This document shows, piece by piece, positions 9,651 through 18,599 of a DNA stretch of 64,000 nucleotides (position 1 is the stretch's first letter; every line of letters starts with the position of its first letter). The stretch lies in NCBI GenBank assembly GCA_963674735.2, contig CAXXQS010000001.1, positions 2,368,001 through 2,432,000 of the forward strand, written 5' to 3'. Both the position numbers and the translations under genes were made by a program. Source of the stretch: Myxococcota bacterium (lineage in GTDB: Bacteria > Myxococcota_A > SURF-8). The notes beneath the pieces are model-generated. The model did no database searches and was not told the DNA's origin. It saw nothing but the letters and a program-made list of their open reading frames with translations.

Positions 9651-11780
9651 TCACTCGGTTTCCCGGGCCGGCTCGGGCATCGCCTCCGGTTTCGGAGCCG
9701 GGTTTTCCGCTGCCGCCCGTTCTTGACGCACGCGGTCGATAAAATCCTCCGCATTTTTGAGCACATCCGCGACATCGATCCTCACCTGTCGACGGCTGGT
9801 GTACGATTGCAGCACCAATCCGGGCGTGCGACACAACTCGATAATCGTCCGATATTCCGCAATGGCCTCCTCGTATCGCTTCTGCTCATTCAAGATCGCC
9901 GCGCGGAAGAAACGTGCTTCGATCAGATCCATGCCATCCGGGTGGCGATGTCGCAAGTACGTTTGCTCTAACGCCAACGCGTCGTCAACGGCGGCCAGAG
10001 CGGCCGCATAATCCCCCGAAAACGAAAGCCCTTTCGCCAGCACCAGCCGATAGTGAATCGAGGTGGGATAGCTGCTGGCGGCATTTCGCAGATGATCCAC
10101 AATGTGATCGTTACTCCCACCGGCGGCTTCCACATCAGCCAGACCCAGATGGTACTCCGGGTTGGTCGGGTTGGCGAGCGCGGCATTTCGAACCGCCTCC
10201 TGAGCACGTTTCAGGTCGGCCGGATCGCGATGGCTCTCAAAACGTCTGAGGTAATCGCGCGAAAGGCGGTACTGTACCGCCGGGTCCAGCGGCCAGTAGG
10301 CACGGGCCGACTCGGTGAGTTGCAGCGCTTTACCATACTGGGTGGATCCCGCGGCGGCATCGGCCAAGCGCAGATAGTTGTGACTCATCAAAGGTGGAAA
10401 TTGCACACCGAAAACGATCAGGACCACCGCCACGGCGACCAGACTGCGTTTGACCGGATCGCTGCTTGCAGAAGCCACCGACGCCGTTGAGACCGCGAAT
10501 CGCCAGAACAGACTCAACAGAAACCAGAACACCCCGACGATGGCCGGACTGCTAAAATCGAGATCGATCATGGCATGGGCCACCAGCAAGGCCAATGCAA
10601 TCATCCACAACCCGTGTGGCGTGCTCTCGCCTTCGGAACGTCCGCGATAAAACGCCAGTCCCGCACTCACCAGCGCCCAGACAAACAGCAACACGCCGAA
10701 AATACCCAACTCGGCATACAGTCTCAGCAAGATATTGTGAGGATCGCGGGTGTAATTGGGTAAGCTCTGGTGGGGACGCGAAACATCGGCAAACGTGCCC
10801 AGCCCCGCTCCGAAAGGAAAATAGGCATGGCCCATGCGCCAGGCGGTTTCCCAATAACCGGCACGCGCCTGAATGGAGACTTCGGCCGGATCGAAGATGG
10901 AAGCCAAGCGCCCTCCGCTGTCGGTTTCGCTATCGGCCGCATTGGTCGCTTCAAGAGTCGTATCCGCAGCCTGATTCCACAACATATAGCAGGCAATCAG
11001 AGCCACGAGTCCCGCAGCGATCAAAACGCGCCGCGCCGTTTTGGGAAGATACAAAGCCGCAACCGCCACCATCCCGACCAACAACAACACCCAAGCCCCA
11101 CGCGAATAGGAGATATACACCCCCACGATACATGCATGCAGCAGGATCAACACCCCCACCCGTCCCGGCCAATTGCGAACGCGGCCGAGCAACCATACGG
11201 AGAGTGGGAAAAACGGCAGCATGAAACCGCCGAAGGCGTTCGCACCAGGGAAAAGCGAGAAGGGACGTTGAAGACGACGCACCTCGTCCAGCAGTTTGAG
11301 ATCCGCCTGCGACATCCCACGGATGTTCTGCATCGCGTCGAAGCCCCATACCTGCTGATAAACTCCGTAAAACCCGCAGACGGCGGCCGCTACGCACAAG
11401 GCGGAAACCAGGACGACCGTCTCGCGTCGCGTCGGTTGCAGCTGTAAAACCGTCAGAGGAAGAAGCAGGACGGCCAGCCAAACGACACTCGTTCGAATGG
11501 CGGAATCGAGAACGGCCGCCAGGGGCCAGCTGATCAACAGGTACAGAATAAACAGCCACAAAGGCCATAAAAGACGCGCCTTGAGTAGCGGTTTGATATC
11601 GACGGAGTTGGCGAGAGTCGTCCAGGCCCAGAGCAACGCCATGCCGATCGTCCAAACGAAAATCCCCGTTTGGGCATCGACTCCCCAAGGAAAATTGCCA
11701 CCGGCCAAGACCGGCATGAGAAACAGCAGCAGGGCCAAAGCCCAGATTGTTTTACGTATCGGTTCCGACTGCACGACCAC
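9651..11780 (-). CDS. O-antigen ligase (Wzy_C) family membrane protein with C-terminal TPR-like repeats
   Basis: Many TM helices; SYSRGAW, GAGLGTF, PHNILLRLYAELGIFG; helical-repeat C-terminus; GTG start. Confidence 0.85.
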   Translation of the reverse strand: MVVQSEPIRKTIWALALLLFLMPVLAGGNFPWGVDAQTGIFVWTIGMALLWAWTTLANSVDIKPLLKARLLWPLWLFILYLLISWPLAAVLDSAIRTSVVWLAVLLLPLTVLQLQPTRRETVVLVSALCVAAAVCGFYGVYQQVWGFDAMQNIRGMSQADLKLLDEVRRLQRPFSLFPGANAFGGFMLPFFPLSVWLLGRVRNWPGRVGVLILLHACIVGVYISYSRGAWVLLLVGMVAVAALYLPKTARRVLIAAGLVALIACYMLWNQAADTTLEATNAADSETDSGGRLASIFDPAEVSIQARAGYWETAWRMGHAYFPFGAGLGTFADVSRPHQSLPNYTRDPHNILLRLYAELGIFGVLLFVWALVSAGLAFYRGRSEGESTPHGLWMIALALLVAHAMIDLDFSSPAIVGVFWFLLSLFWRFAVSTASVASASSDPVKRSLVAVAVVLIVFGVQFPPLMSHNYLRLADAAAGSTQYGKALQLTESARAYWPLDPAVQYRLSRDYLRRFESHRDPADLKRAQEAVRNAALANPTNPEYHLGLADVEAAGGSNDHIVDHLRNAASSYPTSIHYRLVLAKGLSFSGDYAAALAAVDDALALEQTYLRHRHPDGMDLIEARFFRAAILNEQKRYEEAIAEYRTIIELCRTPGLVLQSYTSRRQVRIDVADVLKNAEDFIDRVRQERAAAENPAPKPEAMPEPARETE

Positions 11781-11973
11781 GCCTCCTCTTTCTTCCCCGC
11801 GTAAAACGACGCGCCGAGCGGGTTCGACGGAATCCTACCGGATTGCCGGGTACGGGTCAATGAATGCTTTAGCGAAAACAACCGCTTTCACGGATACATA
11901 GTCTTGAGCCGAAGCAAGGAAACAGACCCCGGCTCCCGATTGGACGGTCGGAATTTCAGCCTCGCCTCTGTTG

Positions 11974-12237
11974 TCACGCAAAACCCCAACGGCCGTATTG
12001 CGGACCTTCAAGCTCCCAAACGGCGGGGCTGCGTTCGTCGAACCAGGTTTTGAAAGCCAGATCGGGCCGCGCCGTATCGAGCGGAAAACGTAAGTAATAA
12101 CGGGCCATACCGTGCCGGTCGCTTTTACGGGTGTAACGAAGGGTTGGACGGATTTGGCGAGCCTCATCCAACAGACGTTCGGCCGCCTCGGCTTCGTCGG
12201 CGGGAAGCGTCAGGTTGAAGACGTATTCTTCCTGCAT
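11974..12237 (-). CDS. Hypothetical 87-aa protein
   Basis: ATG at 12237 preceded by an AAGGAG RBS; protein-like sequence MQEEYVFNLTLP...GPQYGRWGFA. Confidence 0.6.
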   Translation of the reverse strand: MQEEYVFNLTLPADEAEAAERLLDEARQIRPTLRYTRKSDRHGMARYYLRFPLDTARPDLAFKTWFDERSPAVWELEGPQYGRWGFA

Positions 12238-12502
12238 GGCACGGCTCCTTGACTGGAAGGTTCCGGTACAGACGGTTTTCGCATGTACCCAGTATAACAT
12301 AGGTCGCATCCCGGTGAGCACAAATAGCAGACAGGATCGGCTTTCACTTGACGCAGGGGTAATTTGGGCTGATTGTTACCTGAATTTTCTTTTTTCCTTG
12401 AATATTTAGGTCTTGGGATGATCAAATAGACGCTGAAATCATTCTCTACATCAACGCCGGATGAAAAAATATGGAAAACCGGCTTTTCGGGAGGGACTAA
12501 TC

Positions 12503-15500
12503 ATGACGCGACTCCAACCACGCACCCCCATCTTCTGGTGTTTTTTAATCATCTTGACGCTGTTTATTGTAGCCTGCAGCGGATCGTCGGATAGCGTCGA
12601 TCGGGACGATGACGACAATGAAGACGGCGACGAGAACACCGACGGCGATTTTCCCGCCGATGGCGACATCCCCGGCGATGGCGATGCGGATGGTGATGCG
12701 GATGGCGACGGCGATAACGACAATCCTGCCGATGGTGACACGCCCGACTGCCAGGCCGACGAAACGCGGACCCTCGACAACGCCTGCGGTCTCAATACGC
12801 GCGGGAGCCAAGACCAGATCTGCGAGGACGGCATCTGGGTCGACGACGGAGAATGCGACGACCCGGACGACTGTGTCGACGACGCCACCGAAGCCGGGAC
12901 GACGCCCTGCGGCGCTCTCAAAACCGGCTTCATCTCCCTGCTGTGCGTCCTGGGTCATTGGGAGGAGGATGCCTGCGACGATCCGACGGAATTCTCTCTC
13001 GTCAAAGATATCAACACGGGAGACATCATAGTCGAGCAAAACCCGCAGAACTTCACGGCCGTCGGATCGACTGTTTTCTTCTCCGCCAGCGATCAATGGA
13101 GTGGATCGGAGCTGTGGAAAACGGATGGAACCGATGCGGGAACCCAAATGGTACGCGACATCAACGCCGGACCGGAGTCCTCCTACCCGGCCTATTTTTT
13201 CGCCTTCAACAACCTCCTCCTTTTTATCGCCACCGACAATACCCACGGTAACGAATTATGGGTTTCCGATGGAACCGCCGACGGAACGATCCGTCTCACC
13301 GATATCAGTCCCGGCCTTTACGGTACCACGATTCGTTTCGACGAAACCACCCTCGTCGGCGACTACTTGTATTTCCTGGTTCAAAAGGTGGAGCCGGTGC
13401 CTAGCAAGATCGATGTCACATCGAGTATTTCCATATGGCGAACCGATGGCAGCCCGGACGGTACCGAAAAAGTTTTGGATATTCAAAGCACCCTTGACAA
13501 TCCAACCATTAACGATATCAAACGAATGAACAACACATTTTACATGCTGGTCAGTTCATTAAATGAAACGGAGATGTGGAAATCCGACGGGACTTCAGGG
13601 GGCACCACCATCGTAAAAACCGTTGGAAGATTGAATTCATACCAGAAATCCTTTGCGCTTGCAGGAGGCAAACTATTTTTCTCCGCCACGGATCCGACAG
13701 TCGGTCAGGAACTTTGGGTTTCCGACGGCACGACGGTAGGGACGAAAATCGCGCGGGATATCAGAGTCGGTAGCGCCTCATCCGGCCCACGCTATTTCAC
13801 CGTTTTCGGCGATTACCTTGTTTTCACTGCCTACGGATCATCCGGTACGGAATTGTATTTCAGCAACGGAACGGAAATCGGAACCTACCTGATCAAGGAT
13901 ATCAATCCGTCCGGCGATTCGACTCCAACCGACCTCGTGCGCGTGGGCGGCTATGTCTATTTCCGCGCTACCAATGGAACCAATGGCAGCGAGCTTTGGA
14001 AAACCAACGGCAATGAAGCCAACACCCAACAAGTTATGGACATCCGGCCCGGCTCCGCTTCCAGCAGCCCCGACTACACCACCAATGTTAACGGAACATT
14101 GTATTTTACAGCCTCGACCGAGGAACATGGCAATGAGCTTTGGAAGAGCGACGGAACATTGGGCGGTACGATACGGCTGACCGATATTATGACTGATTCT
14201 CTGAGCAGCAGTCCGGCCGGATTAGCCGACGTCAACGGCACTCTCTTTTTCTCCGCAATCACGGAGAGAGGCCGCCGCGCATTCTCCAGCGACGGCACTC
14301 CGGCGGGGACCTCGGAAATCGAGCCCGTTTTCGGCGATCTCATCAACGGCGAATCCGCCCCCATTATAGAAGCCGTATCCGGCGACAAGCTGTACTTCCA
14401 AGCGAATACACCCGAAACCGGCAGGGAATTGTGGGTCAGCGACGGCACCGAAGCCGGAACCCAGTTGACTCGCGACATTCGATCCGGAAGCGTCTACTCG
14501 GATGTACGGTATGTCACCCCCTTTGCCGGTGGAGTCATTTTTCAAGCTGTCACGGATGCAGAAGGCTTAGAACCTTGGTTCAGCGATGGCACCGAAGCCG
14601 GAACCGTTCTACTCGGCGATCTTAAGCCAGGATCCAACAGCAGCATGCCCCTCTATTTTTATGTCATGGGCGACCGCTGCTTCTTCAGCGCTGACGATGG
14701 GACACATGGGCGCGAGATGTGGGTGACGGACGGCACTCCCGCCGGAACCGAATTGTTCGGTGATTTGTACCCGGGAGCCAACGGGTCCGGACCTTCCGAT
14801 TTCCACGCCTTGGACGACAAGCTTTTCTTCTCCGCTTCCGCTTCCATCAACGGAAGCGAATTGTGGGCCAGTGCAGGAACACTCGCCACCACCGGGCTGT
14901 TTAAAGATATCCATCCAAGCGGCAGTTCATACCCCGGAACCAAAGTTGCCGTCGGCGAGACGTTGTATTTCAGCGCGAGCGGTGAAACGACCGGCAGTGA
15001 ACTATTTAAAACCGACGGCACTCCCGCCGGAACCGTTATCGTCAAGGACATCAATCCTGCAGGCGGGAGTGAAATCTCCAGTCTCACACCGTTTGGGGAT
15101 CTGTTGCTGTTTACGGCCAACGACGGCGAACACGGACTGGAGCCCTGGGTAAGTGACGGGACCGGCCTCGGCACGGTCATGCTGAAAGACATTTACACGG
15201 ATAACTTCAACTCTTCCCCCATGTTCTGGATGGAATACAATGGAGAGATGTATTTCTCCGCCATCAGCAATCAATACGGGCATGAATTGTGGAAGACCGA
15301 CGGCACCCCCGACGGCACCGTAAGGGTCACAGACATATGGCCCGGCGTGGCCAACGGCCGCGTCTATTCGGTGGCACCGTACAGTGGCTGGCTGATCTTC
15401 AGCGCCAATGCACCGGAAACCGGGCAGGAATTATGGGCCACCGACGGCACTCCAGACGGCCAATGGCTGGTGGCCGACATCGCCCCCGGTCCCGGCTCCT

Positions 15501-15598
15501 CCTCCCCGTGGTATCTGACTCCCTTCGACGGAGGTTTGTTCTTCTCCGCCAACGAGGGTATCCATGGAACGGAGCTATGGCGTTTGGATGCTCAATAG
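12503..15598 (+). CDS. ELWxxDGT-repeat beta-propeller lipoprotein with DGD linker and Cys-rich domain
   Basis: Lipobox IVA-C; DGD repeats; many GxELWxSDGTxxGT repeats; ATG 12503 follows GAGGGA. Confidence 0.92.
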   Translation: MTRLQPRTPIFWCFLIILTLFIVACSGSSDSVDRDDDDNEDGDENTDGDFPADGDIPGDGDADGDADGDGDNDNPADGDTPDCQADETRTLDNACGLNTRGSQDQICEDGIWVDDGECDDPDDCVDDATEAGTTPCGALKTGFISLLCVLGHWEEDACDDPTEFSLVKDINTGDIIVEQNPQNFTAVGSTVFFSASDQWSGSELWKTDGTDAGTQMVRDINAGPESSYPAYFFAFNNLLLFIATDNTHGNELWVSDGTADGTIRLTDISPGLYGTTIRFDETTLVGDYLYFLVQKVEPVPSKIDVTSSISIWRTDGSPDGTEKVLDIQSTLDNPTINDIKRMNNTFYMLVSSLNETEMWKSDGTSGGTTIVKTVGRLNSYQKSFALAGGKLFFSATDPTVGQELWVSDGTTVGTKIARDIRVGSASSGPRYFTVFGDYLVFTAYGSSGTELYFSNGTEIGTYLIKDINPSGDSTPTDLVRVGGYVYFRATNGTNGSELWKTNGNEANTQQVMDIRPGSASSSPDYTTNVNGTLYFTASTEEHGNELWKSDGTLGGTIRLTDIMTDSLSSSPAGLADVNGTLFFSAITERGRRAFSSDGTPAGTSEIEPVFGDLINGESAPIIEAVSGDKLYFQANTPETGRELWVSDGTEAGTQLTRDIRSGSVYSDVRYVTPFAGGVIFQAVTDAEGLEPWFSDGTEAGTVLLGDLKPGSNSSMPLYFYVMGDRCFFSADDGTHGREMWVTDGTPAGTELFGDLYPGANGSGPSDFHALDDKLFFSASASINGSELWASAGTLATTGLFKDIHPSGSSYPGTKVAVGETLYFSASGETTGSELFKTDGTPAGTVIVKDINPAGGSEISSLTPFGDLLLFTANDGEHGLEPWVSDGTGLGTVMLKDIYTDNFNSSPMFWMEYNGEMYFSAISNQYGHELWKTDGTPDGTVRVTDIWPGVANGRVYSVAPYSGWLIFSANAPETGQELWATDGTPDGQWLVADIAPGPGSSSPWYLTPFDGGLFFSANEGIHGTELWRLDAQ

Positions 15599-15634
15599 TA
15601 ACCCCTCAACATATAGTCATTTTTCATAAAACAA

Positions 15635-16681
15635 ATGGAGGTTGAATTGCGTTTTCATACTCTGCTAATCATGATACTTGGGCTCTTCTCTCTGCTGACC
15701 GCCTGCGGAGGCGGCGATGACAAGGTCTGCGATCCGGGCGAAACACAACGCTGTCATTGCCCTGACGGAGAGGACGGTTCGCAGGTTTGCTCGGATGACG
15801 GAACCAAGTGGAAAAGCTGCCAAGGTTGCGAAGACGACGACGATCAATCCACCGACGGCGACGACGATCAAACCACTGATGGCGACGACGATCAATCCAC
15901 CGACGGTGACGGCGATCAAACCACCGACGGCGACAACGATCCAACCACCGATGGCGACAACGATCCAACCACCGATGGCGACGACGATCAAGCCACCGAC
16001 GGCGATGACGATCAAGCCACCGATGGTGATGAAGAATCGGACACCGATGGCGATCTGGATGAAGACACCCAGGATGTCGCCGAGAGTGAAGCAGAGGCCG
16101 AGGTAGAAGAAGAAGAAGAACCGCTCCCAACCGGGCGTTGCTCAGCCTCGAACGTAATCTGCACCGCAAACGACGACTGCAGCCCGGCTCAGGTCACCTT
16201 GCAGGGTTTCTGTATCGTCAGAGATGATAATGCCGGCTATTCCTGCGGTTTCGAGTCGTATGACGGTACTGGTTCGACGGTCACCTGCGAAGGCCAGACG
16301 GTCGGCCACTGCGAAGACGATATCGATTGCATGCTGGGCACCACCTGCGGATATTACGGCAGCAACTGGTGCGAAGGCAACACCGCCGACGGCATCTGCC
16401 GCAACTACACCATTCCGGGTGCCGATCCCTGCACGAACGATAATTTGTGTCAGATCGAAGTGGATAACGTCTGCGTGATCTGTGGCAACGGTCAGGTCGA
16501 CAGCGCACAGGAAGAATGCGACGATAGTAACACGGACGACAACGACGGCTGTTCATCGACCTGCCGGTTCGAGGGAGAGTGCCGCGATAATAGCAACTAT
16601 CCAACCGACCACGAGTGTGCAACGGACAACGATTGTATCGATGGTTGCTACGATTCGCCCTGCACCTGCCATTTCGACTAA
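15635..16681 (+). CDS. Cys-rich lipoprotein with TDGDDDQ tandem repeats and a myxobacterial-type Cys repeat (DUF4215-like)
   Basis: Lipobox LTA-C; CGNGQVD...EECDDSNTDDNDGCSSTC. The true start may be TTG at 15647, after GGAGG. Confidence 0.85.
   Translation: MEVELRFHTLLIMILGLFSLLTACGGGDDKVCDPGETQRCHCPDGEDGSQVCSDDGTKWKSCQGCEDDDDQSTDGDDDQTTDGDDDQSTDGDGDQTTDGDNDPTTDGDNDPTTDGDDDQATDGDDDQATDGDEESDTDGDLDEDTQDVAESEAEAEVEEEEEPLPTGRCSASNVICTANDDCSPAQVTLQGFCIVRDDNAGYSCGFESYDGTGSTVTCEGQTVGHCEDDIDCMLGTTCGYYGSNWCEGNTADGICRNYTIPGADPCTNDNLCQIEVDNVCVICGNGQVDSAQEECDDSNTDDNDGCSSTCRFEGECRDNSNYPTDHECATDNDCIDGCYDSPCTCHFD
15833..16035 (+). repeat. 24-bp coding tandem repeat (about 8 copies) encoding TDGDDDQ(S/T/A)-type octapeptides
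   Basis: ACCGAYGGCGACRACGATCAA(T/A/G)CC-type units in direct tandem. Confidence 0.9.
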
Positions 16682-16701
16682 ACACATCCTATCTCCGACA
16701 T

Positions 16702-16738
16702 AAAACGCTCCGAGCCGCTCCGGTTTCGGAGCGTTTTT
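16702..16738 (+). terminator. Intrinsic terminator
   Basis: AAAACGCTCCGAGCCG-CTC-CGGTTTCGGAGCGTTTTT directly after the stop codon. Confidence 0.8.
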
Positions 16739-16862
16739 CGTTTCGAATCGAAACACCGACCGCGATGGCTCGCCCGAAACCACGCACAATTTTCCGAGAA
16801 TCGCATCTAAGCTTGTGTTATCGTGCTTTTGATTTGTATGACTGTTGAAAGGATGTGGAAGC

Positions 16863-18566
16863 ATGACATGCAGGCTGACGGTTTGGGGGATGTGGGTTGT
16901 CGGCTGCGGATTGTGTCTGTTACTGGGATGCGGATCCGACTCAACCTCGTCGAAGAAGAACCCGGACGGCGATAGCGATACCGCCGAAAGCGACACCGAG
17001 TTGGAAGTCGATTGCGAACCGGATAGCGATTCTTCCAACCCCGACATCCCCGACGACATCCCGCCCCTGATCAACACCCGGCCGTTCACGATCGAACGAA
17101 GCCATTCGGAAGCTGGTCCAAGCCCGGACGAAATCAGCGTCTTCACCCGCGATTTCAGCGCCTTTTTCAAAAATAGCGATTACTTTCGCTGGTTGTCTCG
17201 CTACTCGCAAGGACTCCCCGAGGACAACAAGTGGGGCCAGCCCGGCTACAAAGTCTGGTGGACCAATGCCTACGCCACCAAGCATGACGGCCTCGTCACG
17301 ATATCCTGGGAGCGGCCTTCCGACAACAGCACAGCCAAAATCGCGCGGGCGCTGGCGCCGATGCTTGGATTGTGGCTGGCCACGAACGATGAAACGACAC
17401 GCGAATTGGCGCTCGGCTACATGCGCGGTCTGTCGGTCACTTACGACGGCATGATCTGGGACAACGAAGACCCGGTGGTCGATTCGATCATGGCGCGCTG
17501 TATCTTCCATCGCAACTATCAAACCGAACTCGATGGCGGACGTCAACTCGCCATGGATTACGACTCGGTACGCTACGAGATCATCGAACGCCGCCACGAT
17601 ACATTGCACAACCCCGCCAACCCCACCTGGGGCGACATCTACGTCCGCAACAAGCGCTCGAAAGACGATTTCCCCTACCTCTACCGCAGCATGCCCTGGT
17701 TGATCCGCTCGATCTGGGAAAGCGACGATGCCGAGATGCGGGCGGCGGCCATCAAGCTGCTGCGCCAGGTGCGCGCCATGGCGGCGGACATCGTCGAGCA
17801 CGGTTACCTCGTGCGCACCAAAGACGGCGACGGCGTCCCCTTCATCCCGCAGACCGAAGGCGGCCTGGTGGACGATTTCGCATCGTTGGTCAGCTACGAG
17901 CCCTTGTTTCCGAACGCCGAATGCAACGCCAAATTGTCTACGGCCTACCTGGCAGCGGGCAACCGGCTCGATAATGAATGCATCCACGAAAGCGTCGAGT
18001 TTTACGGCGACGGAGGCACCTACGAAGACTTGGCGATCGGCTCGCATTTCTGGAGTTCCAACATGATCTGGGGCTACCACCTCACGGCGGTGGCGGTCGC
18101 GCTGGCCTTCGACGATGCGCCCACGGCTCGGAAGTTGCTCGACGGGTTGGCCACGCGCATCGAGGGTCTGATGGTGGATGAACGCGCCGCTAAAAATACC
18201 GAATGGTGGCCCGATGTGGCTCAGCTTCTCGTGCAGGCCGCCGCCTATGGTCTGCCGCTGACCGGGGATGAAGCGCGCCTGATCCAAACACAGTATCTGG
18301 AAGCCACCGAGCATTATAACAGCCATGTCCCCTGGGATCCGTGGGACGCCTCCGTACCGGACGACACGCCCTACCCCGTCCTGCCCGATCGCAATCAGCT
18401 CGACGGCGCAGGCGCGGTACTGAAAACCTACGTCCGCATCACGGAAATTCTCAATCTCTTCGAATACTGCGCCTCACCGCTCAAAGCCGAAACCGGGGCG
18501 TCTTTCGTGGATTGCGCCCGGCTGCTCGACCCCGAGCGCTGGGGGACGGACGGTCTGCATGAATAA
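16863..18566 (+). CDS. Hypothetical lipoprotein with a short DGD linker
   Basis: Lipobox LLG-C followed by PDGDSD...; long ORF with GC-rich third positions; no family recognised. Alternative start TTG 16845. Confidence 0.75.
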   Translation: MTCRLTVWGMWVVGCGLCLLLGCGSDSTSSKKNPDGDSDTAESDTELEVDCEPDSDSSNPDIPDDIPPLINTRPFTIERSHSEAGPSPDEISVFTRDFSAFFKNSDYFRWLSRYSQGLPEDNKWGQPGYKVWWTNAYATKHDGLVTISWERPSDNSTAKIARALAPMLGLWLATNDETTRELALGYMRGLSVTYDGMIWDNEDPVVDSIMARCIFHRNYQTELDGGRQLAMDYDSVRYEIIERRHDTLHNPANPTWGDIYVRNKRSKDDFPYLYRSMPWLIRSIWESDDAEMRAAAIKLLRQVRAMAADIVEHGYLVRTKDGDGVPFIPQTEGGLVDDFASLVSYEPLFPNAECNAKLSTAYLAAGNRLDNECIHESVEFYGDGGTYEDLAIGSHFWSSNMIWGYHLTAVAVALAFDDAPTARKLLDGLATRIEGLMVDERAAKNTEWWPDVAQLLVQAAAYGLPLTGDEARLIQTQYLEATEHYNSHVPWDPWDASVPDDTPYPVLPDRNQLDGAGAVLKTYVRITEILNLFEYCASPLKAETGASFVDCARLLDPERWGTDGLHE

Positions 18567-18599
18567 GGATTTATCTCGAAGATCGGCAGGAAGTCCCCG

